Below are positions 20,215 to 30,102 of a stretch of DNA of 64,000 nt, in pieces (the first letter of the stretch is position 1; each line of letters opens with the position of its first letter). Both the position numbers and the translations under genes were made by a program. The notes below the pieces were generated by a model. That model worked only from the letters and a program-made list of their open reading frames with translations. It was not told the origin of the DNA and made no database searches. Origin of the DNA: a virus; the IMG/VR virus record IMGVR_UViG_3300047476_000792, positions 26,403 to 90,402 of that record; one strand, 5' to 3'.

Positions 20215-20934
20215 ATGAAGAGATTAGGAATAATTCAACCAGGAAAGATAGGAGACATAATCATATGTCTCCCCATTGCTAAATGGTATTATGATCGTGG
20301 TTATGAAATTATATGGCCCGTTGATCGGAATATTATAGATAATTTTGTCGATTATATAGAATATGTTACATTCATACCCATCGATTTCGACTGTAGAGTG
20401 GCTAATCAAGTATGCTTTAATAACATGTGTAATAAAATACTTGATTTATCATTTACCATACCCGGAGCCAGCACATACAATTCTGATAATTATTTAAAAC
20501 AGGACATCTATTCATTTGACGAATATAAATATTTTCTTGCAGATGTTCCTTTTGAGGAAAAATGGAATCTAAATCTTAAAAGGAATATGGATAAAGAACT
20601 TTCATTGCAAAAAAAGTTGAATATTCGAGAGCAGTATGTGATCATTCAGGAAAATTCTTCAGATTACGTTAGAAAAGTACAGTGGGAAAATGATCAGTTC
20701 AGAAGAATCGATTTCTCTATTCTGTCTACTAGTGTTTTTGATTGGCTTTCGGTATTAGAGAAAGCCTCCCAGCATATCTTAATTGAAAGCTGTCTAGTTA
20801 ATTTGGTTGACCAATTGAATATTACAGTCGATAAACATACTCTGTTGCTAAAACATGGGTATTACGGAAGACCATTAGTTGATGAAAGACTTAGAGGTAT
20901 ACCAGTTTTTAGAAAAGAGTGGGTAAGAATATGA
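20215..20934 (+). CDS. putative GT9-like (heptosyltransferase-like) glycosyltransferase
   Basis: IIQPGKIGDIIICLPIAK N-terminus, ILIESCLVNL. Confidence 0.6.
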   Translation: MKRLGIIQPGKIGDIIICLPIAKWYYDRGYEIIWPVDRNIIDNFVDYIEYVTFIPIDFDCRVANQVCFNNMCNKILDLSFTIPGASTYNSDNYLKQDIYSFDEYKYFLADVPFEEKWNLNLKRNMDKELSLQKKLNIREQYVIIQENSSDYVRKVQWENDQFRRIDFSILSTSVFDWLSVLEKASQHILIESCLVNLVDQLNITVDKHTLLLKHGYYGRPLVDERLRGIPVFRKEWVRI

Positions 20935-21734
20935 AAAAAATAGCATTTACGATTGTTCTGAATGGTATGCCGTTTATTCCGCTACAAGGGGATATAATAC
21001 CCGAGATATTTGATGAATGGCATATTATTGAAGGTGTAGTTCTCCCTATAAAAGATACTAAATGGTGTAAATTAGTAGATCCGAAATTCTTTGTTAATCA
21101 GGATGGTGATTATTTTGGCTGTTCTATTGACGGAACGTCGGGTGTAATAGATAATCTAAAAGCTAGATATCCAGAAAAAATATTTGTTCATAGAAAGAAG
21201 ACTTTTTGGAATGGAAAATTGGACATGTGCCAATGTATAGAGGATAGATTGCAAGATGCTATTCTGATGCAGATAGATGTTGATGAGATATGGAATAAAG
21301 ATAAACTTCGTGAGGTTCTTGAATTTGCTGAAAATAATGAAGGATTTGACGGTATGATTTTTAAATGTAACTTTTATGTTGGGCCTAAACTTGTTATATT
21401 TGATGAAGATACCCATCCGAATAAAACTGATACATGGACGAGGTTGTGGGTAATCAGAGATAGATCAAAATGGGTATCACATGAACCCCCCGTTCTGGAA
21501 AATTTAAAAACAGATAGTTTTTTGAATAAAGAATTCACATCACAAAAAGGTTGGATCTTTGACCATTTTGCATATTTATTTGAATCTCAATTAGAGTTTA
21601 AAGAGAATTTTTATGGATACGAAGGTGCTAAACGATCATGGCAAATAATGCAAAAATGTCCAGATAAAAAGTTCAGGCTGAATAGATTTTTTACTTGGGT
21701 TGATAATTATGATATGGTAAGTAGGATTAAATGA
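20931..21734 (+). CDS. putative glycosyltransferase (GT2-like)
   Basis: SIDGT, QIDVDEIW, HEPP, FDHFAY. Confidence 0.7.
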   Translation: MKKIAFTIVLNGMPFIPLQGDIIPEIFDEWHIIEGVVLPIKDTKWCKLVDPKFFVNQDGDYFGCSIDGTSGVIDNLKARYPEKIFVHRKKTFWNGKLDMCQCIEDRLQDAILMQIDVDEIWNKDKLREVLEFAENNEGFDGMIFKCNFYVGPKLVIFDEDTHPNKTDTWTRLWVIRDRSKWVSHEPPVLENLKTDSFLNKEFTSQKGWIFDHFAYLFESQLEFKENFYGYEGAKRSWQIMQKCPDKKFRLNRFFTWVDNYDMVSRIK

Positions 21735-22396
21735 GTGAAAATTTTATATATACTGGATTTGTAAAGGATGTTGATCCTGGAAAATATGCAAATCTAAATG
21801 CCGAAGATTTTTTCTCTATATGGATCGCGAATACACAGAGATTTGCACCTAATACACAAATTCGTATATTAGGTCCAGATGTTCCAAATAATATAGCCAA
21901 GTATGATAATGTAAAGAGTATCGCAGAATATCCTAATCTAGGACATGTGCATGATTATTTAGACGGGAAAAGAGATGGAATATGGTGTGGTTGGACAGCA
22001 GGAATCGTTCTAGGAATGGTAGATGCATATGTCAATGGAAAGGATTTCATATATAAAGAACAGGATTGTTTAGCATTTGGTGATTTTGTGAGCCGTATGA
22101 AGAAAGAAAATGATAATTATGATATTACATACGGCTCATGTAGACTTATGGGACCGGCACAATCGTTGTTCATTGTCAGAAATTATATTATTCCTGTTGT
22201 TATTGGATGTTTAGCACAATATAAAGATAAAGATATGTTACCAGAATACAAATTTAAAAATTTACAAGTTCGTCAAAATCGATTATCATTTGGATATGAC
22301 CGAGATCGCCCATTCAATATGAAGGATGAAGTCTTTTACATTCAACAACTATCAGATAATGATATGAATATACTGATTAATAACAATTTAATATAA
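21731..22396 (+). CDS. putative glycosyltransferase-like protein
   Basis: FIYKEQDCL (DxD-like) within the GT cluster. Confidence 0.45.
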   Translation: MSENFIYTGFVKDVDPGKYANLNAEDFFSIWIANTQRFAPNTQIRILGPDVPNNIAKYDNVKSIAEYPNLGHVHDYLDGKRDGIWCGWTAGIVLGMVDAYVNGKDFIYKEQDCLAFGDFVSRMKKENDNYDITYGSCRLMGPAQSLFIVRNYIIPVVIGCLAQYKDKDMLPEYKFKNLQVRQNRLSFGYDRDRPFNMKDEVFYIQQLSDNDMNILINNNLI

Positions 22397-23163
22397 TGCA
22401 CGGCCATCTAGAAATAACAACTCGTATAGGATGCAGATTGGCATGTGCCTTCTGTCCACAGAAAACTTTGAATACTGCTTATGAGGATAAAAAACATGTT
22501 TCAATGACATTATCCGATTTCGAGAAGATAATAGAAACTGTCCCTACGTCCATTGATATACATTTTTCAGGTTTTGCCGAGCCTTTCCTCAATAAGGAGG
22601 CTCCTTTTATGTTAAAATATGCTGTCGAAAAAGGACATAAAGTTCATGTATATAGTACTTTAATAGGATTAATGCCTGAGGGGGCGGAGATATTAAAAAG
22701 TTATAAACCAGCATTTTTCAGAATACATGTAGCGGATCAAAAGGCTATGAAGGTTCAAGATGATAAATGGATAGAAGCGCATGAGTTATTCTTAACTACT
22801 AGAATAGTCGGCTCGTATATGGCAATGGGTAATGTGACTGATCAGATAGATAAATATCTACGTTCTAAACATATTTCATACGAGATTCCTACTATGTTAA
22901 GTAGGGGAGGAAATTTAGATATAGGGGTGCATTACTTGGAAGGTAATATCGCATGTGGAATGAATAGGTGGCATCAAAATGTCGTTCTTCCGAACGGGGA
23001 TGTTTACATATGTTGTATGGATTATGGTTTAACTATGCCTAGTGGAAATTTACTAAAAGACCCCTATACTGTTATATGGGATAAAGCAGAAAAATATAAA
23101 AATAATATAAACCCTCCTAAAGATTCTATTTGTCGGAGGTGCGAGTGGGCTGTAAGAATATAA
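22396..23163 (+). CDS. radical SAM/SPASM domain protein
   Basis: CRLACAFCPQ (CX3CX2C), GFAEPFL, GDVYICCMDY, CRRCE. Confidence 0.88.
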   Translation: MHGHLEITTRIGCRLACAFCPQKTLNTAYEDKKHVSMTLSDFEKIIETVPTSIDIHFSGFAEPFLNKEAPFMLKYAVEKGHKVHVYSTLIGLMPEGAEILKSYKPAFFRIHVADQKAMKVQDDKWIEAHELFLTTRIVGSYMAMGNVTDQIDKYLRSKHISYEIPTMLSRGGNLDIGVHYLEGNIACGMNRWHQNVVLPNGDVYICCMDYGLTMPSGNLLKDPYTVIWDKAEKYKNNINPPKDSICRRCEWAVRI

Positions 23164-23167
23164 AAAT

Positions 23168-23680
23168 ATGAGACGAGTACAATTTGGTTGTGGTGGTAAT
23201 AGAATTCCCGGATGGGAAAATTATGATTGGGAAGTAGATATAACAAAGCCTCTACCCTTTGTTAACAATTCTGTAGATCAAATTCTTGCAGAACATGTTG
23301 TAGAACATGTTTCTATTCATGATGCATGGAATTTCTTCGAAGAGTGTTACCGAATTCTCAATAAAAATGGAATTTTGCGAATAGCTGTTCCGTGCGTGAG
23401 TCGCATTTTCACATTAGCTGATCAAGATTATTTCGACTTTATAGCTAAACATGGGTGGGGTTCGGCGACTAGAAAAGACGCTGTGAAATCTATAATTTTT
23501 AATCATGGGCATTTAACTATTTGGGAAAAAGACTCTCTATCAGCTATTTTACAATGTATGGGGTTTGCTATACTGACCGATCCCCCAGAGGCATGTACTA
23601 ATATATTAAATCATCACCATGTTATTGGCGAGAAAATAAATAATATAGAAACAATTTTCGTGGATTGTGTAAAATTATGA
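23168..23680 (+). CDS. class I SAM-dependent methyltransferase
   Basis: FGCGGN, LPF..NSVD, HVVEH, ECYRIL..NG.LRIAVP. Confidence 0.85.
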   Translation: MRRVQFGCGGNRIPGWENYDWEVDITKPLPFVNNSVDQILAEHVVEHVSIHDAWNFFEECYRILNKNGILRIAVPCVSRIFTLADQDYFDFIAKHGWGSATRKDAVKSIIFNHGHLTIWEKDSLSAILQCMGFAILTDPPEACTNILNHHHVIGEKINNIETIFVDCVKL

Positions 23681-24372
23681 GAACTGCTTTTTGTTTTTCA
23701 GGAGAACTTCGTAGTTTAGATAAAACTTTCCCTTCCATAGATAAAAACATAGTGTCTAAATTTTCAAATGTAGATTTTTTTGTATATACATGGGCCGATG
23801 ATCCTGATCTTCATAAGATGTCAATTTTCGAAAAAGACAAAAGAACTAAACATATTCTTACTGAGGATCGCATAACGTACGATGAAAAAATGTATAATGC
23901 TAGAAAAAGACCCGAAGTTTTTATACAAGGTATGCTTCGGCAGTTACATTGTTTGAAAAGGTGCAATGACATTAAAAAAGAATACGAGAATAATAATAAT
24001 TTTAAGTATGATTGCGTAGTTAGAATTCGTCCAGATATATTACCCATAAACAGTTCCTCTCTGGAAAATAGTGTCGAGGAATGGGATATGAAAAATTATA
24101 TGTATACCAGCGACCATGATGATTGGTTTGGTTACAATGACAGACTCTATTTTTCAAATTCTTCAAATATGGATTATATATGTTCGCGTATAGAATATAT
24201 AGATGATTATTTTAACTACGGAGGATTGATGCATTATGAGACATATCTAAAACATTGTATCGAACAATTGAATATAAAAGTATGTAGAAGTCGTTTGGAA
24301 TTTGTATTATTACGAAATGATGGAACGTATGCATCAGAACTGACAATGGGTTATAATATCGAAAACCGTTAA
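23677..24372 (+). CDS. putative glycosyltransferase-like protein
   Basis: AFCFSGELR, YDCVVRIRPD, YND. Confidence 0.6.
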   Translation: MRTAFCFSGELRSLDKTFPSIDKNIVSKFSNVDFFVYTWADDPDLHKMSIFEKDKRTKHILTEDRITYDEKMYNARKRPEVFIQGMLRQLHCLKRCNDIKKEYENNNNFKYDCVVRIRPDILPINSSSLENSVEEWDMKNYMYTSDHDDWFGYNDRLYFSNSSNMDYICSRIEYIDDYFNYGGLMHYETYLKHCIEQLNIKVCRSRLEFVLLRNDGTYASELTMGYNIENR

Positions 24373-24503
24373 TAAAAATATGTATCCTAAAAATTACGAA
24401 AAAGAACTGTATAGTGATTATTATGATCAATGTCCTTACACATCCTCGAAGAAATATAGACATATAAACTCTTCGTTTGAATCTGAAAATAACGATACTA
24501 AAT

Positions 24504-25568
24504 ATGAAAATGAACAAACAAAAGACGGCATTGGTGTTGGGGGCTGGCGGCTTCATCGGAAATCATCTAGTAAATAGGCTTAAAGATGAAGGATATTGGG
24601 TTCGTGGAGTAGATTTGAAATATCCTGAATATCAAGAAAAATCAAGAGCAGATGATTTTAAAATAGCCGATCTATCAAAAGATCAATATAAATATACATA
24701 TCATATCGGTGCTTATAATTGGGTAGAAGATCAAGTATCTCCAATACATGAATATATACCATTTGATGAAGTATATCAATTAGCGGCAGACATGGGAGGA
24801 GCTGGCTACATATTTTCTGGTAACAATGATGCAAATGTGATGACAAATTCCGCAAAAATCAATCTTAATTGTTGCAAAATAGTCTTAGATTTAATAGAGC
24901 AACATAAAAAAGGTATAGTTAGAAGTGTAGACACTCCAAACACCAAAGTCTTCTATTCATCTTCCGCATGTATGTATCCCGCACATAACCAAGAAGACCC
25001 TGATAATCCTAATTGTAGCGAGGATTCGGCGTACCCGGCAGCGCCCGATAGCGAGTATGGGTGGGAGAAGCTTTTCAGTGAGAGATTGTACCTTGCATAT
25101 CATCGTAACTACGGTTTAGATGTTCGTATTGCACGTTTCCATAATATCTTCGGGCCTTTAGGAACTTGGACAGGTGGAAAAGAGAAGGCACCAGCAGCAA
25201 TATGTCGAAAGGTTCTCGAATCTAATGGTGAAATCGAGATTTGGGGAGATGGTGAACAGACAAGAAGCTTTTTATATATTGATGAATGCATTGAAGGTAT
25301 TCGTAGATTGATGGAGTCTGATTTTACCGGTCCTGTTAATATCGGATCATCAGAAATGGTCACTATAAATGAGTTGGTAGATTTGGCATGTTCTTTTGAA
25401 AAGAAGAAACTAACTAAAAAACACATTCCTGGACCTCTAGGAGTTCGTGGAAGAAATTCAGACAATACTCTAATTGAGGAAAAACTTGGTTGGTCCCCTG
25501 ATTATCCTCTTATATATGGATTAGAGAAAACTTATTTCTGGATTAAGAAGCAATTAGAAAGTAAATAA
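24504..25568 (+). CDS. NAD-dependent NDP-sugar epimerase (GDP-mannose 3,5-epimerase-like)
   Basis: GAGGFIG, QLAADMGGAG, YSSSACMYP, YGWEK, EKAPAA, WGDGEQTRSF, GVRGRNSDN. Confidence 0.9.
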   Translation: MKMNKQKTALVLGAGGFIGNHLVNRLKDEGYWVRGVDLKYPEYQEKSRADDFKIADLSKDQYKYTYHIGAYNWVEDQVSPIHEYIPFDEVYQLAADMGGAGYIFSGNNDANVMTNSAKINLNCCKIVLDLIEQHKKGIVRSVDTPNTKVFYSSSACMYPAHNQEDPDNPNCSEDSAYPAAPDSEYGWEKLFSERLYLAYHRNYGLDVRIARFHNIFGPLGTWTGGKEKAPAAICRKVLESNGEIEIWGDGEQTRSFLYIDECIEGIRRLMESDFTGPVNIGSSEMVTINELVDLACSFEKKKLTKKHIPGPLGVRGRNSDNTLIEEKLGWSPDYPLIYGLEKTYFWIKKQLESK

Positions 25569-25574
25569 TTGTCT

Positions 25575-25808
25575 ATGATGACCACAGGTAAAGTATTCGG
25601 TAACAGTAACATTGCAAATCGCCCAGAATTCGGCGGGATAGATCCGAGGATTGAAGTTCAACAAGAAGCGGTTGCACAAAATCTTGCAGATGAACAATTG
25701 AGACTAGAACAAAATAAATCAAAACTTCTTCAGGATGCTATTACGAAGTTTCTTGCAAAAGAAATTACTAGAGCAGAACTAGAAGTAGTTCAAGAATCGT
25801 TGAAATAG
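25575..25808 (+). CDS. hypothetical protein
   Basis: Preceded by GTAAATA; short coiled-coil ORF. Confidence 0.55.
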   Translation: MMTTGKVFGNSNIANRPEFGGIDPRIEVQQEAVAQNLADEQLRLEQNKSKLLQDAITKFLAKEITRAELEVVQESLK

Positions 25809-25834
25809 TATTCAGTATGATGTAAAGTATTCTA

Positions 25835-27586
25835 ATGCATCATCGGAATGTCGAATTTCAAAAAATAAGAATACAAAATTTTCTATCATATGGGAACACT
25901 CCCATAGAAGTAGAGTTCAAAAATGGTATCACGTTCGTAACGGGATACAATAAGGATGAAGATGATACAAATGGAGTGGGTAAGACCTCTCTAATAGTTG
26001 ATTCTTTATCCTTTTTGATTTTTGGGGAGACCTATAGAAAGATAAATCTAAATCTAATCCCAAATAAAAGAACTAGAGGAACTTGTTTCGTTGAAGGATG
26101 GTTGAAGGTTAACGGCGTTCAATATCATATAACCCGTTCTATCGGGCCTAGTCGTCTTATATTAGAGATAGATGGGGAATGGGAGAAATATACCAAATCT
26201 ATTGCCGAAACAACCAAGGATATTATTGCTGCATTGGGAATATCAAAGACAGTGTTCACTAATACGGTTGTAATGACTAATAAAGATTCTCTATCATTCT
26301 TGAATCAGGGGAAAGACCCTAAAGTTAAGTTCATTGAAGGTATATTAGGCTTGGAGGCATTTGCAGAATTTTTTAAAAAGGCGAAGGATGAATATAAAAC
26401 CGTTGCAGATGAACGCGGGAAGGTGGAATTTCAAGTTAATCAATTGGTAAAAACCTTGGAATCTGATAAACAGTATCTCAATCAGGCAGAAGAGAAGAAT
26501 AAAAAAGATATTCAGCAATTAGAACAGAAGATTCAAGATTGTCGAGATATCCAACCTATTGATAATTCAGCCAAGATTGATGAACTCAATAATCAGAAAG
26601 AAGAGTTGTTGACCGCCATACAAGCTAAGGATGGAAAAATAGGCATTGCACAATCCAAGAGATATGAGCTTAAATTCGCATTAGATGAATTCCAGAAAAA
26701 GCTCAACGATTTTGATAATATAAAATTAGAGTGCCCAACTTGCAAACGTCCATTTGACGAACATAATCCGAAAGTATTAGATGAAGAGAAACAAACGCTG
26801 AAGAAGACTATTACAGAAAAACGTGATTTCATAAATAAACTCGATAAAGGTATAGAATTTGTTAAAAAGGAGAAAGATCTTCTACAGAAGACGTATTCTG
26901 ATATAGTAAATTCTATCAACACTTTGACTAAAGAACAATTAAAATTCTCCGAAAGTCAGCGAGAGATTGATAAATTAAATGGTCAATTAGATTCGGTCAA
27001 AGATTTCCAGAATCCGTTCATGAATAAAGTGGTCGAGACATCTGAACAATTAACAAATAAACAGACCGAACTGTTGAAGTGGAATAAGGATGTTCGCCTT
27101 GCTGATATAGTGAAACAGATGGCATCTCCTACTGGTATAAAATCACTTATGGTTAAGAAGGTTATAGAATCCTTCAACGAAAGAATCAACCAATATATGG
27201 TTCGACTAGGTTCCCCTTATCGAGTTCACTTTGATGAATATTTTGAAGAAACTATTACGCATAAAGACGGAGAAGCCTTTTCCTATGGTTCTTTGAGTGG
27301 TGGTGAAGCTAAACGAGTCGATTTCTCTATGTTATTCGCATTTAGAGATATTCGTAGACTTCAGAGTAATATATCAGTTAATTTGACGGTGATGGACGAA
27401 TTGTTCGACTCCGCATTATCTGAAAAAGGAATGTTCAATATTATAGAATTGTTGAAAGAATCTTCTGATGAGTGTTATTTTATTGTAACACACAGGAAGG
27501 AAAATGTTGATGAATCGGGATGCGATGTTATACATCTTATCAAAGAAAACGGAATAACAAGAATAGAAGATAAGAATAATTCTTGA
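25835..27586 (+). CDS. gp46: gp46 recombination ATPase (Rad50/SbcC-like)
   Basis: NFLSYGN, NGVGKT, CPTC zinc hook, LSGGE, MDELFD, VTH. Confidence 0.93.
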   Translation: MHHRNVEFQKIRIQNFLSYGNTPIEVEFKNGITFVTGYNKDEDDTNGVGKTSLIVDSLSFLIFGETYRKINLNLIPNKRTRGTCFVEGWLKVNGVQYHITRSIGPSRLILEIDGEWEKYTKSIAETTKDIIAALGISKTVFTNTVVMTNKDSLSFLNQGKDPKVKFIEGILGLEAFAEFFKKAKDEYKTVADERGKVEFQVNQLVKTLESDKQYLNQAEEKNKKDIQQLEQKIQDCRDIQPIDNSAKIDELNNQKEELLTAIQAKDGKIGIAQSKRYELKFALDEFQKKLNDFDNIKLECPTCKRPFDEHNPKVLDEEKQTLKKTITEKRDFINKLDKGIEFVKKEKDLLQKTYSDIVNSINTLTKEQLKFSESQREIDKLNGQLDSVKDFQNPFMNKVVETSEQLTNKQTELLKWNKDVRLADIVKQMASPTGIKSLMVKKVIESFNERINQYMVRLGSPYRVHFDEYFEETITHKDGEAFSYGSLSGGEAKRVDFSMLFAFRDIRRLQSNISVNLTVMDELFDSALSEKGMFNIIELLKESSDECYFIVTHRKENVDESGCDVIHLIKENGITRIEDKNNS

Positions 27587-27620
27587 TAGTGATAAAAGGC
27601 ATGTTTAAATAAAATTAAAC

Positions 27621-28961
27621 ATGCCTACTATTGTTAAAGAACCTCTTAAACAAGTACCTAATTTAACTCCGTTAGTTAGGAACCCTTCTCAGAATTCGCA
27701 AGAACTTTCTAATTTAAAAAGCCCTTTCCGAGGATATGGGCCTAAGATGTTTGGAGAACTTAATGTAAAACTTCAAGATAGGTCTGAGATAAAACTTCCG
27801 ACTCCGGGAGAAGGATTACCAAGGGTTATACATTACTGTGCAGATCAATCAGGTTGTGCATTTTGGCGGCTTCTTTGGCCTTCTGAAGAGCTTCTTGCAC
27901 ATAACAAGGCTGTCGTAATGACCTTGTATCAAATGGTCACTATAGGGCAGTTCTATGGCGGTATTGATGCTGTAAGATTACAGAGACAATGTACAGAACC
28001 ACAGATCGAATTCATCAAATTCCTTCGCAAGGTTTCTGATGATCTAAAATCTCAAACTGGTAAAGGTTTTAGAATTATATGGGAATGCGATGATATTGTA
28101 TGTCCTGCCGCTGATATACCTGATTATAATGTATGTAAATCTGCATTTACCGACGACTCTATTCTTAGAAATGTTACTGAGGCGATGAAATATGTTGATG
28201 AGATGACAGTACCATCAGAACATATGCGCCAACATTATAAGAAGCATCTAAATTTCGATAAAATTTCTGTTATTCCAAACTATGCTCCTAAAAACTGGAT
28301 AGATCGTGGCTATGATAAGGAACGAGTCCTCGAAACGTACCGTAAACATAAAGCTAAACCTCGTATCTTATATGCAGGAAGTGGAACTCACTTCGATGTT
28401 GCCAATAAAGTTAATCAGCAAGATGATTTTGGCGGAGTCGTCGATGCAATTGCCCGCGATATTATGGTTGATAAAAAGTATGAATGGGTATTTCTTGGTG
28501 CAATCCCGTTAAAACTTAAACAATTTGTAGGAAAAGGAATAGAATTTCATAACTGGTGTCCGATTACGGAATATCCTGAGATGATTAAGAAATTGAAGGT
28601 CAATGCAAGTATTGCACCCCTTCAAAATAATGCATTTTCTCGTTCCAAAGCAAATATCAAGCTTACTGAAGCAGGTATGCAAGGCATTCCGTGTGTTGCA
28701 CAGAATATAGATTGTTATAATTTTGATGGATGGAAATATCTTTTCGATACCAGTGATCAGATGTTTAATATTTTAGATGACATTCTATCATCAGAATTAA
28801 AATACGAAGAAGCTAGTGACTTTGCAAAGAAATATTCTGATGGTTATCTTCTTCAAGATCACTTAGATGAATATGTATTGCTCTACACAACTCCTTATGG
28901 AGATGATAAACGTAAAGAATGTCAGTCATTCTTGAAGAATAATCCTCAACAATTCAGATAA
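27621..28961 (+). CDS. GT-B fold glycosyltransferase (GT4-like)
   Basis: GCAFWRL, ECDD, VIPN, YAGSGTH, IAPL..N.F.RSKANIKLTE. Confidence 0.8.
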   Translation: MPTIVKEPLKQVPNLTPLVRNPSQNSQELSNLKSPFRGYGPKMFGELNVKLQDRSEIKLPTPGEGLPRVIHYCADQSGCAFWRLLWPSEELLAHNKAVVMTLYQMVTIGQFYGGIDAVRLQRQCTEPQIEFIKFLRKVSDDLKSQTGKGFRIIWECDDIVCPAADIPDYNVCKSAFTDDSILRNVTEAMKYVDEMTVPSEHMRQHYKKHLNFDKISVIPNYAPKNWIDRGYDKERVLETYRKHKAKPRILYAGSGTHFDVANKVNQQDDFGGVVDAIARDIMVDKKYEWVFLGAIPLKLKQFVGKGIEFHNWCPITEYPEMIKKLKVNASIAPLQNNAFSRSKANIKLTEAGMQGIPCVAQNIDCYNFDGWKYLFDTSDQMFNILDDILSSELKYEEASDFAKKYSDGYLLQDHLDEYVLLYTTPYGDDKRKECQSFLKNNPQQFR

Positions 28962-28999
28962 AATAAAAAACCCGCTAATTTCTTAGCGGGTTTTTTATT
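28962..28999. terminator. bidirectional intrinsic terminator
   Basis: AAAAAACCCGCTAA-TTTC-TTAGCGGGTTTTTT between convergent genes. Confidence 0.9.
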
Positions 29000-29011
29000 A
29001 GTCGTTTATCT

Positions 29012-29422
29012 TTATGCGGTAGCTTCTTTTAGACCTTTATAATAGAGTTTTTCAACTTCTCCTACGTCTTGAATCTTATTAAAGAGTTCTTCAGCAGCTT
29101 TAATAAACTCTTCTTTCTTCTGTTTTTCCAGCTTTGCCAGTTCTTGTTTCTTTGCTTCAAGAGCCTTTGTCATTTCTGCAAATTGCTTCAGAAGGTTGCG
29201 AAGTTTTTCTTTCGTATCCTTCAATACCACATCCCGCTCCTCGCTGAAAAGTTCCGAGATGACACTTCCTAATTGATCTTTTGGAACCTTATTAGGTATC
29301 TTTAGGTTTTCTTTACCACCTACCACAGCCACTAAACGGTCCAGTGCTTGTGTGAATTTCTTTTCGACTTTTCCAGTCTGTTCCTGTTCGTTGGGTACTT
29401 CTTCTGTATTTTGGTTACTCAT
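29012..29422 (-). CDS. hypothetical coiled-coil protein
   Basis: 136 aa, K/E-rich. Confidence 0.65.
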   Translation of the reverse strand: MSNQNTEEVPNEQEQTGKVEKKFTQALDRLVAVVGGKENLKIPNKVPKDQLGSVISELFSEERDVVLKDTKEKLRNLLKQFAEMTKALEAKKQELAKLEKQKKEEFIKAAEELFNKIQDVGEVEKLYYKGLKEATA

Positions 29423-29449
29423 AGTATTTTATAATGTTTACAAATTCGG

Positions 29450-29911
29450 TTAGAATTTGATCGACTCAATATCACCTAGATCTAGAGGAATGTCAAGAGG
29501 CTGTGCGATAATCTTCGCATTTTTTTCTTTAAGAATAGTACGCAGTCTTTCGTTTTCTATATATTCTGCATCTATCTCCGATTTTAAATCTTCTATCTCC
29601 GATTTTAAATCTTCTATCTCTCCTCTTAAATAACGCATTTCTCTTTCAAGAGTGTTATACGCCATTTCATACCCTTCTATCTTTTTATTACGTTCGTTTT
29701 GAAGTTCTTTCTTATGTTGTTTTTCTAAGGCATTTACCACATTTTTTAATTTTTCAGTATGGTCGTTATCAATATCATTTAGTATTTGTTTGAGACGTAG
29801 GTCTACGTGTTTAAAAAGTCTAGTTCCTACATCATCTATTGCAACATGATCCCATGCACTTAATATATGCATTTCATCAAAAATATTCTTAAATTCTTCC
29901 TGGGTTATCAT
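29450..29911 (-). CDS. hypothetical coiled-coil protein ending LDLGDIESIKF
   Basis: 153 aa ORF with internal heptad repeat. Confidence 0.65.
   Translation of the reverse strand: MITQEEFKNIFDEMHILSAWDHVAIDDVGTRLFKHVDLRLKQILNDIDNDHTEKLKNVVNALEKQHKKELQNERNKKIEGYEMAYNTLEREMRYLRGEIEDLKSEIEDLKSEIDAEYIENERLRTILKEKNAKIIAQPLDIPLDLGDIESIKF
29571..29620. repeat. 21-bp tandem repeat (~2.4 copies) encoding EIEDLKS heptads
   Basis: TCTATCTCCGATTTTAAATCT repeated. Confidence 0.85.
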
Positions 29912-30099
29912 ATTTTAAATTTTATATTTTCTATACTTCTAAGATTAAAAGTATCTTCTGTCGGATATTCGCCCAGATATTCTTTCAACATTAATTCGCC
30001 ATGATAATTTTCGCATAAATTAATCAATGCATCAATATAATCAGTTCCTTGATATGGGAATTCATTTTGAATTTTTTGTATCTCTTTTCGCAAATCCAT
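29908..30099 (-). CDS. small hypothetical protein ending FNLRSIENIKFKI
   Basis: 63 aa coupled ORF. Confidence 0.6.
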   Translation of the reverse strand: MDLRKEIQKIQNEFPYQGTDYIDALINLCENYHGELMLKEYLGEYPTEDTFNLRSIENIKFKI

Positions 30100-30102
30100 A
30101 TT

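Noticed and set aside
24380-24577. 65-aa ORF before the epimerase
   Set aside because: It overlaps the epimerase start by ~70 nt in another frame and has no recognisable motif; coding status is unsupported
29571-29620. Tandem repeat as an origin or regulatory array
   Set aside because: It is an in-frame 21-bp duplication encoding coiled-coil heptads
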